From positions 1-64,000 of the IMG/VR virus record IMGVR_UViG_3300031949_000012: DNA of 64,000 nt; one strand, written 5' to 3'. The notes beneath the pieces were generated by a model. That model was not told where the DNA came from, made no database searches, and saw nothing but the letters and a program-made list of their open reading frames with translations. Numbering within the stretch: position 1 is the first letter of the stretch; each line of letters begins with the position of its first letter. Shown here in pieces: positions 1 through 8,314 of the stretch. Position numbers and translations under genes: made by a program. Source of the DNA: a virus.

Positions 1-326
1 GCATCACGGGCCGGATAGCCAGGGCTTGCGGTAGAAAAGACCGGCGCCCCGGAATCAGCGATAAAGGATTGATTTATCCTTGTTTTCTCGCGTCCGTTTG
101 GCCCCTGGTTGGCTGCCGCTTCCCATTCGATGCGAGTGCCATCATTAACTTCAAAGATGCACTCACACCAGGTCGCATGTTTATCGCCGGGTTTTGTTTT
201 CCACTCCTTGGCAGCCGCATCCCGCCAGGTCACTTTCACACCATTGACGGTCAGCTTCGACCAGCCTTTTGAGGTGGAGTGGCTTTCGTTGCCCAGGACC
301 GCGCAAATTCTGATTTTATTCGTCAT
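1..326 (-). CDS. hypothetical phage protein, runs off left edge (MTNKIRICAVLGNESHSTSKGW...)
   Basis: Hand translation: open frame from ATG at 326 to window edge, overlapping end of upstream gene; not in ORF track. Confidence 0.7.
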   Translation of the reverse strand, partial: MTNKIRICAVLGNESHSTSKGWSKLTVNGVKVTWRDAAAKEWKTKPGDKHATWCECIFEVNDGTRIEWEAAANQGPNGREKTRINQSFIADSGAPVFSTASPGYPARD

Positions 327-507
327 CGTCAGGCTCCTCATCATCATATTCTTCCTCGTCATCGTAAACAACTTCCTCCCAGACCCATACTTCTTCATCG
401 CAGGTGGGACAGCCCTGCTCGCAAATGGGACAGGAAAGATACGAAAAACCACAGAAAGGACAGATGATGGTTTCCATCTCAATACCGTGTGTAGGACAGG
501 TACTCAT
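316..507 (-). CDS. small Cys-rich (zinc-binding) protein with highly acidic C-terminus
   Basis: CxxH plus three CxxC, then DEEVWVWEEVVYDDEEEYDDEEPDDDE; ATG coupled to upstream stop, GGAGG SD. Confidence 0.75.
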   Translation of the reverse strand: MSTCPTHGIEMETIICPFCGFSYLSCPICEQGCPTCDEEVWVWEEVVYDDEEEYDDEEPDDDE

Positions 508-782
508 TCTTCCTCCTTCCAGGCTTTGAAGGAAATGTTTCCCCGCCTGGCCTTGATAGTCCATTGCAGGCCGAACTCCTGCAGGGCGTCCATGACAGCG
601 ACGACGTTTTCGCGTCGTCGCACCAGGTCATAGTCCACATGGACACAGATTTCGTATTCGTCGTCGAATCTGTAAGAGACGCCCGACCAGGCCGAGCTCA
701 ACACTTTCAGATTGTAGATATGGTCGGCTAATTTTTCAAATAAGAGGCGACCGGTGGGGTTAAGGTTTGGGGGAATTCGCAT
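504..782 (-). CDS. hypothetical protein
   Basis: ORF, AAGGAG SD before ATG 782. Confidence 0.7.
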   Translation of the reverse strand: MRIPPNLNPTGRLLFEKLADHIYNLKVLSSAWSGVSYRFDDEYEICVHVDYDLVRRRENVVAVMDALQEFGLQWTIKARRGNISFKAWKEEE

Positions 783-829
783 CGTCAATCTCCTTTGGTA
801 CAAAATGTTTCAGAAGTAACAATCATTGT

Positions 830-1153
830 TCAGTCCTCCAACACAAGCGTAATGGGTCCAGCCATATCCAGGTCGAAGTTAAAAAGAGCCGCGAATGAAT
901 AGACCTCGCCCCCAATTTCAATGCCCGTGATTTCCTTGTTATTGTAAAACCAGGCAGTCGAATAAAACGCGCCTCCCAGGTTATTAAAGGTTCGGTCACT
1001 GTTCCGCGCCTTGTTCACCTGGTTGAATGTGCCGGTGTAAGCTGGGCGGGTAGGTTTCTCAATGCTGTAAGCGTCCCGGCCATCGGGTTTGCAAGACCAG
1101 CCCCAGCCCCACTTGCGAGTTCGATTTGGGTGTTTCAAGGTAACTTTTTTCAT
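830..1153 (-). CDS. hypothetical protein
   Basis: ORF, AGGAGG SD before MKKVTLK start. Confidence 0.7.
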   Translation of the reverse strand: MKKVTLKHPNRTRKWGWGWSCKPDGRDAYSIEKPTRPAYTGTFNQVNKARNSDRTFNNLGGAFYSTAWFYNNKEITGIEIGGEVYSFAALFNFDLDMAGPITLVLED

Positions 1154-1157
1154 CAGG

Positions 1158-1466
1158 TTAATCCTCCTTTTTGTAATGCTCAAGATAATGGCGGGCATCG
1201 GCCGCAATGATTTCGGCCTGGTCTGCTTTAGTCCTGGCTTTCTCGTACCGCTTATCGCACGAGGCGATGTAAGCCTCGACCGCCGCCCTGGGCGTATCGT
1301 GTAACCGGTCTTTGTGTTCAACGTGAAGCCAAATTTTCCGACCGCTGACTTTACCGGCCAGCTTTATTTCCCACTTAATGTCGGGCTCAAGTTCTTCAAG
1401 TTCCTCGACATAAGGGATTGGGTTTGGGCCTGGACCCAACCAGACCTCATAATAGAATTTGTCCAT
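1158..1466 (-). CDS. hypothetical protein
   Basis: ORF with AGGAGG SD, operon packing. Confidence 0.75.
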   Translation of the reverse strand: MDKFYYEVWLGPGPNPIPYVEELEELEPDIKWEIKLAGKVSGRKIWLHVEHKDRLHDTPRAAVEAYIASCDKRYEKARTKADQAEIIAADARHYLEHYKKED

Positions 1467-1663
1467 TATACCTCCTTACTTTTATTGTATTCCTTGCCTT
1501 CTGCAAGGCCTTCTTGATATGCACACTTCATCTGCTCAACAATCCCTTTACAAACCGAACAAAATTCATCGGTATTATGTGACAGCGGGCAGGCGCACAA
1601 GGCGCCTGTGTACCAGATTGATTTTTGGTAATCAATCCGGGTTGGCGTTTGATGATTGGTCAT
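1466..1663 (-). CDS. small Cys-containing hypothetical protein
   Basis: 3' part of ORF 1466..1825; fills gap in operon. Confidence 0.5.
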   Translation of the reverse strand: MTNHQTPTRIDYQKSIWYTGALCACPLSHNTDEFCSVCKGIVEQMKCAYQEGLAEGKEYNKSKEV

Positions 1664-1850
1664 GCTCAGCCTCTTTAGCTTCCCGCCAGACTTGCCACAA
1701 CCTGGCCTCGATTTTTTCAAGCTGCTCCCCGGTGAAATATCCCACCAGGGGCTCAAGGGCAAAGAACACCGCTTTTTCGGCCGGCGGCACTGATGGGGCT
1801 GGCAAGCGACCAGCCCACTTGCCATCCCGAAAGAATATATTTTTACTCAT
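1632..1850 (-). CDS. hypothetical protein, paralog of 3051..3311
   Basis: ORF, SD, shared FTG.QLE.IE...W motif. Confidence 0.75.
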   Translation of the reverse strand: MSKNIFFRDGKWAGRLPAPSVPPAEKAVFFALEPLVGYFTGEQLEKIEARLWQVWREAKEAEHDQSSNANPD

Positions 1851-2182
1851 TGATACCCTCCCTGGGCGATGTCAATAATTACCCCGTCCAGAGCGATTTC
1901 TTGCCCGAATGTGACGCGCCCCCATAAGTAGCCATAGAGACATTCCATAACCGTCTCATTAGCCCGGCGGAGCCGGCCATACAGCCACTCGCTAACAAAC
2001 CACCACTCAAGGATTTCCAGCTCATCATCGGGTGGATAGTTTCCAATATTTATTTCGGCCACGCCGCCGATTGGATTTTTCAGTTTCAGCAAATCCTCTA
2101 CCAGGTGGGTTGCGTTCATAAATACCTCAATTTCCACCATTTTTCTGATGTCAGCTTCGCGGCTGAGTTTATCGAAGTCCAT
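1847..2182 (-). CDS. hypothetical phage protein (LEWW.VS...WGR.TFGQ motif)
   Basis: ORF, SD, overlaps with both neighbours. Confidence 0.75.
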   Translation of the reverse strand: MDFDKLSREADIRKMVEIEVFMNATHLVEDLLKLKNPIGGVAEINIGNYPPDDELEILEWWFVSEWLYGRLRRANETVMECLYGYLWGRVTFGQEIALDGVIIDIAQGGYQ

Positions 2183-2543
2183 CGGTTCTCCTTTTGTTTT
2201 TCTCTCTCAGGTCAGTCCCGCCCTCGACAAATTGCAAGGTGATTATTTGAAGCGGGTTGAGCCGTAAGATGTCCGGGCAGTAGCCCAGTTCGCGGACAAA
2301 TTCATCACAGAGCATAACGGCGACAATGGCCTGTTCCGGTAAGACCAGAAAGTCTACCGAGCGAAAGTTCTTGTCGCAAGCCAAAAAGGCCCGGTTCATA
2401 ATGTCGTCAATTTGAGGCCAAATGTGTGGCGCTCTCAGGTCAACATTGACGGTCAGGGTGTGGGCCTCAAACTCACCAATCAATCCTTTTATACCATCCC
2501 GCCCCTCCACCTTGAGGTTCGAGAAGTTAAGTACCAGTTTCAT
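2169..2543 (-). CDS. hypothetical protein
   Basis: ORF, operon packing. Confidence 0.7.
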   Translation of the reverse strand: MKLVLNFSNLKVEGRDGIKGLIGEFEAHTLTVNVDLRAPHIWPQIDDIMNRAFLACDKNFRSVDFLVLPEQAIVAVMLCDEFVRELGYCPDILRLNPLQIITLQFVEGGTDLREKNKRRTDGLR

Positions 2544-2782
2544 GTGAGTTCTCCACTATCTTCAATTTCTTTAGCTACCCGCTCAAAAAGGCCGGGGATA
2601 GCGGTTATAGCCATAGTGATACGAAACCCGGCCTCCCAGGGATACTGGGCTTCCATAAGCCGGTTATATTTCTCCTCCACCGCTGCCGTCGAAAGCCCAG
2701 CCTCCAAAAACCACAGGAAAGATTGGCAAGGCTCATACGGCCGTCTGATTAGCACTGTAATCATAAAAGGGCGTTTACTCAT
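2540..2782 (-). CDS. hypothetical protein
   Basis: ORF, operon packing. Confidence 0.65.
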   Translation of the reverse strand: MSKRPFMITVLIRRPYEPCQSFLWFLEAGLSTAAVEEKYNRLMEAQYPWEAGFRITMAITAIPGLFERVAKEIEDSGELT

Positions 2783-3017
2783 TTTTTGATTTTTGCCCGA
2801 TCATGAGGGAGGCATCGGCGCCAAACACAATAAACTTACCTTGCGTAAAATGCAAGGTAACAAGGTCGGCTGTCCAGTCTACGGCCAACACCTCCCGGCC
2901 ATCGTAAAGGTCGCCTGGGATGACATCTTTGGCCTCTTTGATTACTTGCCACAGAACGGGCTTTCGTTTGAAAGTGAAAGCCGCAACACTTTTAAGAATC
3001 TTATTTTTTAGCCACAT
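2775..3017 (-). CDS. hypothetical protein
   Basis: ORF, GGAGG SD. Confidence 0.65.
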   Translation of the reverse strand: MWLKNKILKSVAAFTFKRKPVLWQVIKEAKDVIPGDLYDGREVLAVDWTADLVTLHFTQGKFIVFGADASLMIGQKSKNE

Positions 3018-3050
3018 TATTTGCCTCCGTTACTTTTTCGTATTCATCAG

Positions 3051-3311
3051 TTAGGGATAACTGGTAAGAGGAACACACGTATCCACCCAACGAGCTGGTT
3101 CCTCTCTCTCATTCAGCATAAAATGGATTTCGTTATTCTTTGCCTGAACCAGGGCCCACATCGCCTGCTCAATGGTTTCGAGCTGGTAGCCAGTAAAGGC
3201 ATTTTCAAGTTCGGCCAGCAGCCGGCCGACCAGTTCGTCATCTGGCACTTCCGGGGGCAAATCGTGATAAGCCCCGCCCCGCCAGAACTTGGCCTTGATT
3301 TCAGGGAACAT
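3051..3311 (-). CDS. hypothetical protein, paralog of 1632..1850
   Basis: ORF, GGAGG SD, shared motif. Confidence 0.75.
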   Translation of the reverse strand: MFPEIKAKFWRGGAYHDLPPEVPDDELVGRLLAELENAFTGYQLETIEQAMWALVQAKNNEIHFMLNEREEPARWVDTCVPLTSYP

Positions 3312-3612
3312 CTTTAGCCTCCCTTGCTCTATATTCTTTCTTCATCCTTATGGCCATCTCTTTGCGAGCGCGGCTGGCCATGTACTTCATCTGGGAAAGA
3401 ACCTCAGTCAAAGATAACCGGCAAGAGGGGCACAAGTATTCACCCTCGGAGCCAATTACAAATAGTTCAAGGTGGTGCAGCGGCCCCGTCGTATGACAAA
3501 CCGTACACTCTCCAAACTTTTCAAACATCGTTTTCCTCGCTTTCTTCACCATGGTATCCATGTAAACCGCTTTGTCTCCACTTTCTCTGATAACTCGCCT
3601 GCCACTCGACAA
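3301..3612 (-). CDS. small zinc-finger protein (CxxC...CxxC); start uncertain
   Basis: CTVC...CPSC. Confidence 0.6.
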   Translation of the reverse strand: MSSGRRVIRESGDKAVYMDTMVKKARKTMFEKFGECTVCHTTGPLHHLELFVIGSEGEYLCPSCRLSLTEVLSQMKYMASRARKEMAIRMKKEYRAREAKDVP

Positions 3613-4006
3613 AGTGGGCCTTCACTACCTCCGGGTCGTAGTAGAAGGCGTGAGGTTGGGCCGGTTGCTGATGGATGAAACGAACTATCAGCTTTTCTCT
3701 CGCCGCCCAGCCTAAAACGTTAGCCACCGTGACCCGGTGGCGGCCAACCACTGTCGCCAACTCCTTGGTATTCAGCCAGCCTTCCGGGGGGTCTGGCCGG
3801 GGCTTTTGTTTGGCCTGTCGCAGCGCGCACTCGTCCAGCGTATGAGGGCTATTGGGCTCCTCGACACAAATGGAAAGGCAGCAGGTCAGACAGACCTGTA
3901 TCCCAGCCAGGCGCAAATCATCCTCAAAATCCGGCGCCATTTCCGGGGCGTGAAACTCAAGGGCCAGCACCCAGGCCTGATCGACTGTTGGTTGCTTCGC
4001 TTCCAT
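3521..4006 (-). CDS. HTH DNA-binding protein (excisionase/MerR-like C-terminal HTH)
   Basis: WLNTKELATVVGRHRVTVANVL HTH-like segment; GAGG SD before MEAK. Confidence 0.55.
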   Translation of the reverse strand: MEAKQPTVDQAWVLALEFHAPEMAPDFEDDLRLAGIQVCLTCCLSICVEEPNSPHTLDECALRQAKQKPRPDPPEGWLNTKELATVVGRHRVTVANVLGWAAREKLIVRFIHQQPAQPHAFYYDPEVVKAHFVEWQASYQRKWRQSGLHGYHGEESEENDV

Positions 4007-4224
4007 CACGACACCTCGATAATTCTTCCCTTGGGGTCTTTCAGGCAGGCCCCGATGACCAGCGCCAGCGCCTCTTTGGAAACCCCGATGAGGCCGATAA
4101 CCAGATGACGGCCGGCAATAGAGGACAGGCAAACCGTCTGGATATGCTTATCCCTTGCCCTTAACGCCTCCATTTCAGCCGAGGTGAGGCTGATAACGTG
4201 AAAAACGTGGCCGGTAGAGGTCAC
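4006..4224 (-). CDS. hypothetical protein
   Basis: ORF, GGAGG SD, coupled. Confidence 0.6.
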   Translation of the reverse strand: MTSTGHVFHVISLTSAEMEALRARDKHIQTVCLSSIAGRHLVIGLIGVSKEALALVIGACLKDPKGRIIEVS

Positions 4225-4421
4225 AAGGCCTCCTCTTTGCTGGTCAAAAGTTGAAGTTGGTCATGCCGGTATCCAACAAAAATCACGCTCTCGCCCTCGC
4301 CAAAACGGACAATAACTGGATAATCTCTTTGGATGCCCCTGGTTGAGATATGGTCAACCACGCCAGTATAACCGGCATAGTGAGCGCCAATAATAACCCT
4401 CACCCTATCACCTGGTTTCAT
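4221..4421 (-). CDS. stand-alone KOW/SH3-fold protein
   Basis: MKPGDRVRVIIGAHYAGYTGVVDHI matches KOW pattern. Confidence 0.65.
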   Translation of the reverse strand: MKPGDRVRVIIGAHYAGYTGVVDHISTRGIQRDYPVIVRFGEGESVIFVGYRHDQLQLLTSKEEAL

Positions 4422-4891
4422 TCTTCCTCCTTACGGCAGACATACTTCTGCATTTCGGCCAGGAGACTCTCCGACTTATAGGTCGGCCCGGTACAGAGGT
4501 AGTCCAGATACTTGTCATCATGGTCGGCGAAGATGTAACCGTGGACGATTTTAGTCGCCCGTCCCATACGCCGGTACGAATTATCCGGCCGGTTGTAGTG
4601 GAAGAATTCATATACCCACCCATCGCGGGTATCAAAAAGTTTCTGACACATCTGGCGCACCTGCTCCGGCCAGATTCTAACGTCATAATGCTGCATCTCC
4701 CCCGGCCGGCAAGGCTCACCAAACGGGTTTGCTGGCGTGTTCCAGGCCCGGCAGGCCCAACCTGTCATCGTATTAGCTGTAATGTTTCCGGGACTGATAC
4801 AGTTCGTCTGCCGGTCAAATGTCTTATGGCCGGTTTCGACAATCATTCGATTGCCCCCTGGCGCCCAGACGGCTTTCTTAAAGCGGCTCAT
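4418..4891 (-). CDS. hypothetical protein
   Basis: ORF, SD, coupled. Confidence 0.75.
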   Translation of the reverse strand: MSRFKKAVWAPGGNRMIVETGHKTFDRQTNCISPGNITANTMTGWACRAWNTPANPFGEPCRPGEMQHYDVRIWPEQVRQMCQKLFDTRDGWVYEFFHYNRPDNSYRRMGRATKIVHGYIFADHDDKYLDYLCTGPTYKSESLLAEMQKYVCRKEEE

Positions 4892-5769
4892 TGTTTTGCT
4901 CCTTTCAGATAATTTTTCTCCTCCTCATGCACCCAGTAGTGAGGGTCCATCGGCAGGAGAAAGGAGAATCGGCCAGGCGATTGCAAAGCCAGCCCAGCCC
5001 GCCGCCTGGATGCTCCCTGTAAAGAAGGGGCAGCCGTAAACTGGCCAAAAACCCCGGAAGACGTATGAAAAGCCAGCACGCGTTTCAACAGGTCCAGGTT
5101 CACCCAAAAAGGTAAAACCGGAAAAGCCGGGTTTTCAACGCTCCAGGTTTTGACGCCCCCAGGATTATAGCCCCCATGAGACAAGTCTCCCTGAACCAGG
5201 ACAACACTCCCAGCGTTGAAATGAGCCGCGACGCTAAAATCTGTGTTCTTACGCGGCCCCAGCGCTTTCGCCCAGCCGTTCAAGTCAATGCCAGTCCAGG
5301 TCGCCCCCTGACCTTGTGGCTTCTCCTGAGCCTGTCGAAGGGCGAGTTCCGTCTTAACCTGCTCGACCACGGCCCGGTAGGGGAAGTCCGGTTGAGGGTT
5401 AGCCGGAAATTCCGGGCTAACCAGGGTGTGCAAAATGTAACTGCTTACCCCGGTATGAGCATTTCCTTCGGAATACCAGCCCAGCTCCGGCCTGCCGGCC
5501 ATCTGGCACTTCAGTCGCCAAGCGTCCTCAGCCCAGTCGCCATAGACCAACCGGAGCAACCGAATGATACGCTCTTCGGCTGGCAGCGAAACCGAAGAAT
5601 AATTCAGCGGGGGATTATTCTCATTGTGAACATCGGACTGAAGGAACATCTGCTCCTGATAGACGCCCAGGGTTGGCTCCCCCTGGTCAAAGTAAAGCAG
5701 CCGCCCGTCCTCAAAACGGACGGTCTCAGCCCCGTGTTTGGGCTTTGAAACAATAAAGGTGTTACTCAT
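4888..5769 (-). CDS. hypothetical protein (293 aa)
   Basis: long ORF, AGGAGG SD. Confidence 0.8.
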   Translation of the reverse strand: MSNTFIVSKPKHGAETVRFEDGRLLYFDQGEPTLGVYQEQMFLQSDVHNENNPPLNYSSVSLPAEERIIRLLRLVYGDWAEDAWRLKCQMAGRPELGWYSEGNAHTGVSSYILHTLVSPEFPANPQPDFPYRAVVEQVKTELALRQAQEKPQGQGATWTGIDLNGWAKALGPRKNTDFSVAAHFNAGSVVLVQGDLSHGGYNPGGVKTWSVENPAFPVLPFWVNLDLLKRVLAFHTSSGVFGQFTAAPSLQGASRRRAGLALQSPGRFSFLLPMDPHYWVHEEEKNYLKGAKQ

Positions 5770-5783
5770 TGTCAGTCCTCCTA

Positions 5784-6044
5784 TTAGTCAGGTGTCCAAA
5801 TTTGGACACCTGAGTTGTCGAACTTAAAGACCCTTTTGGTGAGCCAAAGAACCCGGCGAACTTTTTTGTAATTCACACCGGACCAGGGCCGCCCCTGGTC
5901 AAAGCTCACCATCGCATTATGGGGATGGATACCCAATAGTGTCGGGTCCAGCCCGGCCTCCCGGCAAAGGGAAAAAGCGCGCTGCCAGACTAAACTCTCA
6001 TAATCCCTCACCCGCTCTTTTAAGCGGGTATATAGACTTGTCAT
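5784..6044 (-). CDS. hypothetical protein
   Basis: ORF, AGGAGG SD. Confidence 0.7.
   Translation of the reverse strand: MTSLYTRLKERVRDYESLVWQRAFSLCREAGLDPTLLGIHPHNAMVSFDQGRPWSGVNYKKVRRVLWLTKRVFKFDNSGVQIWTPD
5788..5813. repeat. perfect 26-bp palindrome, core TGTCCAAATTTGGACA
   Basis: TCAGGTGTCCAAA|TTTGGACACCTGA. Confidence 0.9.
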
Positions 6045-6053
6045 TTCCTCCTG

Positions 6054-6458
6054 CTACCAGTAGTGAACGTTGATTTTGCCGGCCCGCTTCCACTTTCGGG
6101 CAGCTTCAATGGCCTGTTTGGCCGCGCCCAGGTCAGCTTGGGCCAGAATCTTGATAGAATAACCGGGCATAAAGTATCCCATTCCCTCAAAGCCATAGCC
6201 GCCACTTTCGGGCATGGCTTTAGCACTACTCCCGCCCCACGCAGACCCCAGCACTTGATCGACCACAACCAGGTCCTCATCACCCCAAAAGCGGGCAAGA
6301 AACTTGTCTGAGATCATGAGGAGTGCGCCCCGCACCCAGTTCGGATCGGCGCCACCAATAGTGACAACAATAACTTCCGGCGCCCCCTCCGGGCGCTCAG
6401 CGGCCTCCCGGATAATGCGGGGAAGGTCGGGTTCCCCGCGAAACGAATATTGAAACAT
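6054..6458 (-). CDS. hypothetical protein
   Basis: ORF, AAGGAG SD. Confidence 0.75.
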   Translation of the reverse strand: MFQYSFRGEPDLPRIIREAAERPEGAPEVIVVTIGGADPNWVRGALLMISDKFLARFWGDEDLVVVDQVLGSAWGGSSAKAMPESGGYGFEGMGYFMPGYSIKILAQADLGAAKQAIEAARKWKRAGKINVHYW

Positions 6459-6496
6459 TTCAGTTCTCCTTATAAGTTAAGAATATTCCCAGGCAT

Positions 6497-6544
6497 AGTT
6501 CGAGTGAGCTGAGTTCGACGAAGCTCACTCGAACTCAGCTCACT
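6497..6544. repeat. overlapping inverted repeats (16-bp and 14-bp stems)
   Basis: 6503-6518/6529-6544 and 6497-6510/6522-6535 are exact reverse complements. Confidence 0.9.
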
Positions 6545-6602
6545 AAACGCCCAGGCTGAGCCCGGCCTACGGTTTATTGCAGGTCGGGCCGTGTCCAGGC
6601 AT

Positions 6603-7412
6603 TTACCGGCCCAGGCTCTCCCAGTCAAAGTCCGCCCCGGCCGTCCATTCGCCAATGCAGCCGGGATGGTCATTATCATGATGAAAATGCTTCAGGTTAA
6701 TCTCCCTGGCCATGGTAGACCAGGCTGCGTCTTCCAGCCTGAGGTCGGAAAGCTTCCAGCCGTTGCCGGCCTGGGCAAAAACAATCCAGCGAGTCTCCCC
6801 GTTCATGGCCAGTTCTTCCCGAATGACGGCCGGCATCCCAATTGGGTGAACAACCAGGGTATCGCTCCTGGGCGACCACACATCCGACTTTCTGACGACG
6901 TACTTCTGGCGCTTCCCGGCCGCCTGCTCCACTTCCCCTTTATCCCCTATAGGCCGCTTGGGCCCGCCAGGCCCGCCTGCTCCCTTCTTCCCCTTAGATT
7001 TCGGCAGATGCCCCAGCCGGGCCTGCTCAAGCTCGGAGTTGGTGGTTTCCATTTCTGCGTCCAGACGTTTAGCCGCTCCAGCCACACGAGTCAAAGCCTC
7101 GGCCACAACTCCAAACTCGGCCGGGTCGAGATGGGCCAGGTCCCGACCGATAATGCCCAGCCGCTCGGCTTCGGTCGCGGCCGCCTCGGTTTCAATCTGG
7201 CGCAGGCGGGCCTCCAACTCCTGGACGGCCAAAATAACCTTATCACTTTCCGCCCGCTGCAAAACGCGGGCCCAAACCTCGGCTGCCAGGGCTTTCCAGT
7301 CGCCCAGGCCATAACCGGCCTGAGCAACCTCCTTGGCGATCTCCTCGAAACGCACCTGGTCGCCCAAAGGCAACCCATAAAAATACATCATCGCGCTAAA
7401 CTTTTCGGACAT
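6603..7412 (-). CDS. hypothetical coiled-coil protein
   Basis: long ORF; AGGAGG SD before MSEKF. Confidence 0.8.
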   Translation of the reverse strand: MSEKFSAMMYFYGLPLGDQVRFEEIAKEVAQAGYGLGDWKALAAEVWARVLQRAESDKVILAVQELEARLRQIETEAAATEAERLGIIGRDLAHLDPAEFGVVAEALTRVAGAAKRLDAEMETTNSELEQARLGHLPKSKGKKGAGGPGGPKRPIGDKGEVEQAAGKRQKYVVRKSDVWSPRSDTLVVHPIGMPAVIREELAMNGETRWIVFAQAGNGWKLSDLRLEDAAWSTMAREINLKHFHHDNDHPGCIGEWTAGADFDWESLGR

Positions 7413-7655
7413 TCTAGTATCCTCCTGTAATTTGCTCATAAAATAACTCAATGTCCCCGGTACGAGAGTCGAACTCTACGGGTGCATACCCTGGCGGGCG
7501 ATGATCGTCATCATTTTCGCGCCCTACCGGGGGGATAAGAACCCGCCCCCCGGCCTGGTCAGGGCCAGAGAACGGGCTCTCTCTCGACAAGCTCAAGACT
7601 AAAACTTTCCCAACCTTCAACCCTAATCACCTCCTCTCGACTCAACTGCTCCCCG

Positions 7656-7997
7656 TCAATCGTTTGCGGCCAAATTCTTGACTACATCTTCAAGGACGTG
7701 CCGTCCACAGACATAGCGGGCGTCGTCGTACAACTCCTTAGCCTCCTTCAAGCCGTTCATACCATCGGCCCGTAAAATCTTGATGGCGTCTATGGCCTTC
7801 CCATCGGCCAGCGCCTGGGCAAAGGCAATGGCCGCTCCTTTGACGGGCTCTGGGCCTAATCGCATGGAAATAGCAATTGGCTCAGCCTCCTCGCTGGGGT
7901 AGAGGGTCGCTGTCCCATCCCCCCAAATTGAAAGTTTCCAAGTCCCCACGTACCCACTGATTTTCAGGGTTTCATTGTCCTTTAATTCCACTAACAT
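7656..7997 (-). CDS. protein with ribosomal bL12 (L7/L12) C-terminal-like domain
   Basis: KAIDAIKILRADGMNGLKEAKELYD resembles K+.+IK.+R...G.GLKEAK.+VE. Confidence 0.6.
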   Translation of the reverse strand: MLVELKDNETLKISGYVGTWKLSIWGDGTATLYPSEEAEPIAISMRLGPEPVKGAAIAFAQALADGKAIDAIKILRADGMNGLKEAKELYDDARYVCGRHVLEDVVKNLAAND

Positions 7998-8077
7998 GGT
8001 TATGTCCTCCTAAGAGTAATAAGATAATAGTTGCGCCCCTGCCTCCCTCTTTGCAGAGGGGAAAGGGGAATCTTCTG

Positions 8078-8314
8078 CTATAGGGTAGGGAACAGACTGC
8101 CCATATCTAAGGGCAACATCCCCTGGACCTTTTCGCCCCACTCTGGGCTTGTCGTCCCAGTAATGACCTTCCCATCTGGGCTGACGTGGGCCGCCTCTGA
8201 AGGCTTGACCCACGTGGAGATGTGGATGTATGACCCGGCACTGTCCACCTTGTAGAAAATCTCTACCCCGGTCTCCTGGGGCTTATTCGTTGAAGCAATA
8301 ACCCATCCTGACAC
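8078..8314 (-). CDS. hypothetical protein
   Basis: GTG start with GAGG SD. Confidence 0.6.
   Translation of the reverse strand: MSGWVIASTNKPQETGVEIFYKVDSAGSYIHISTWVKPSEAAHVSPDGKVITGTTSPEWGEKVQGMLPLDMGSLFPTL

Noticed and set aside
4221-4421. YPVIVRF match to photosystem I PsaE
   Set aside because: Lacks the RPESYW and VNY signatures; shared SH3/KOW fold is sufficient explanation
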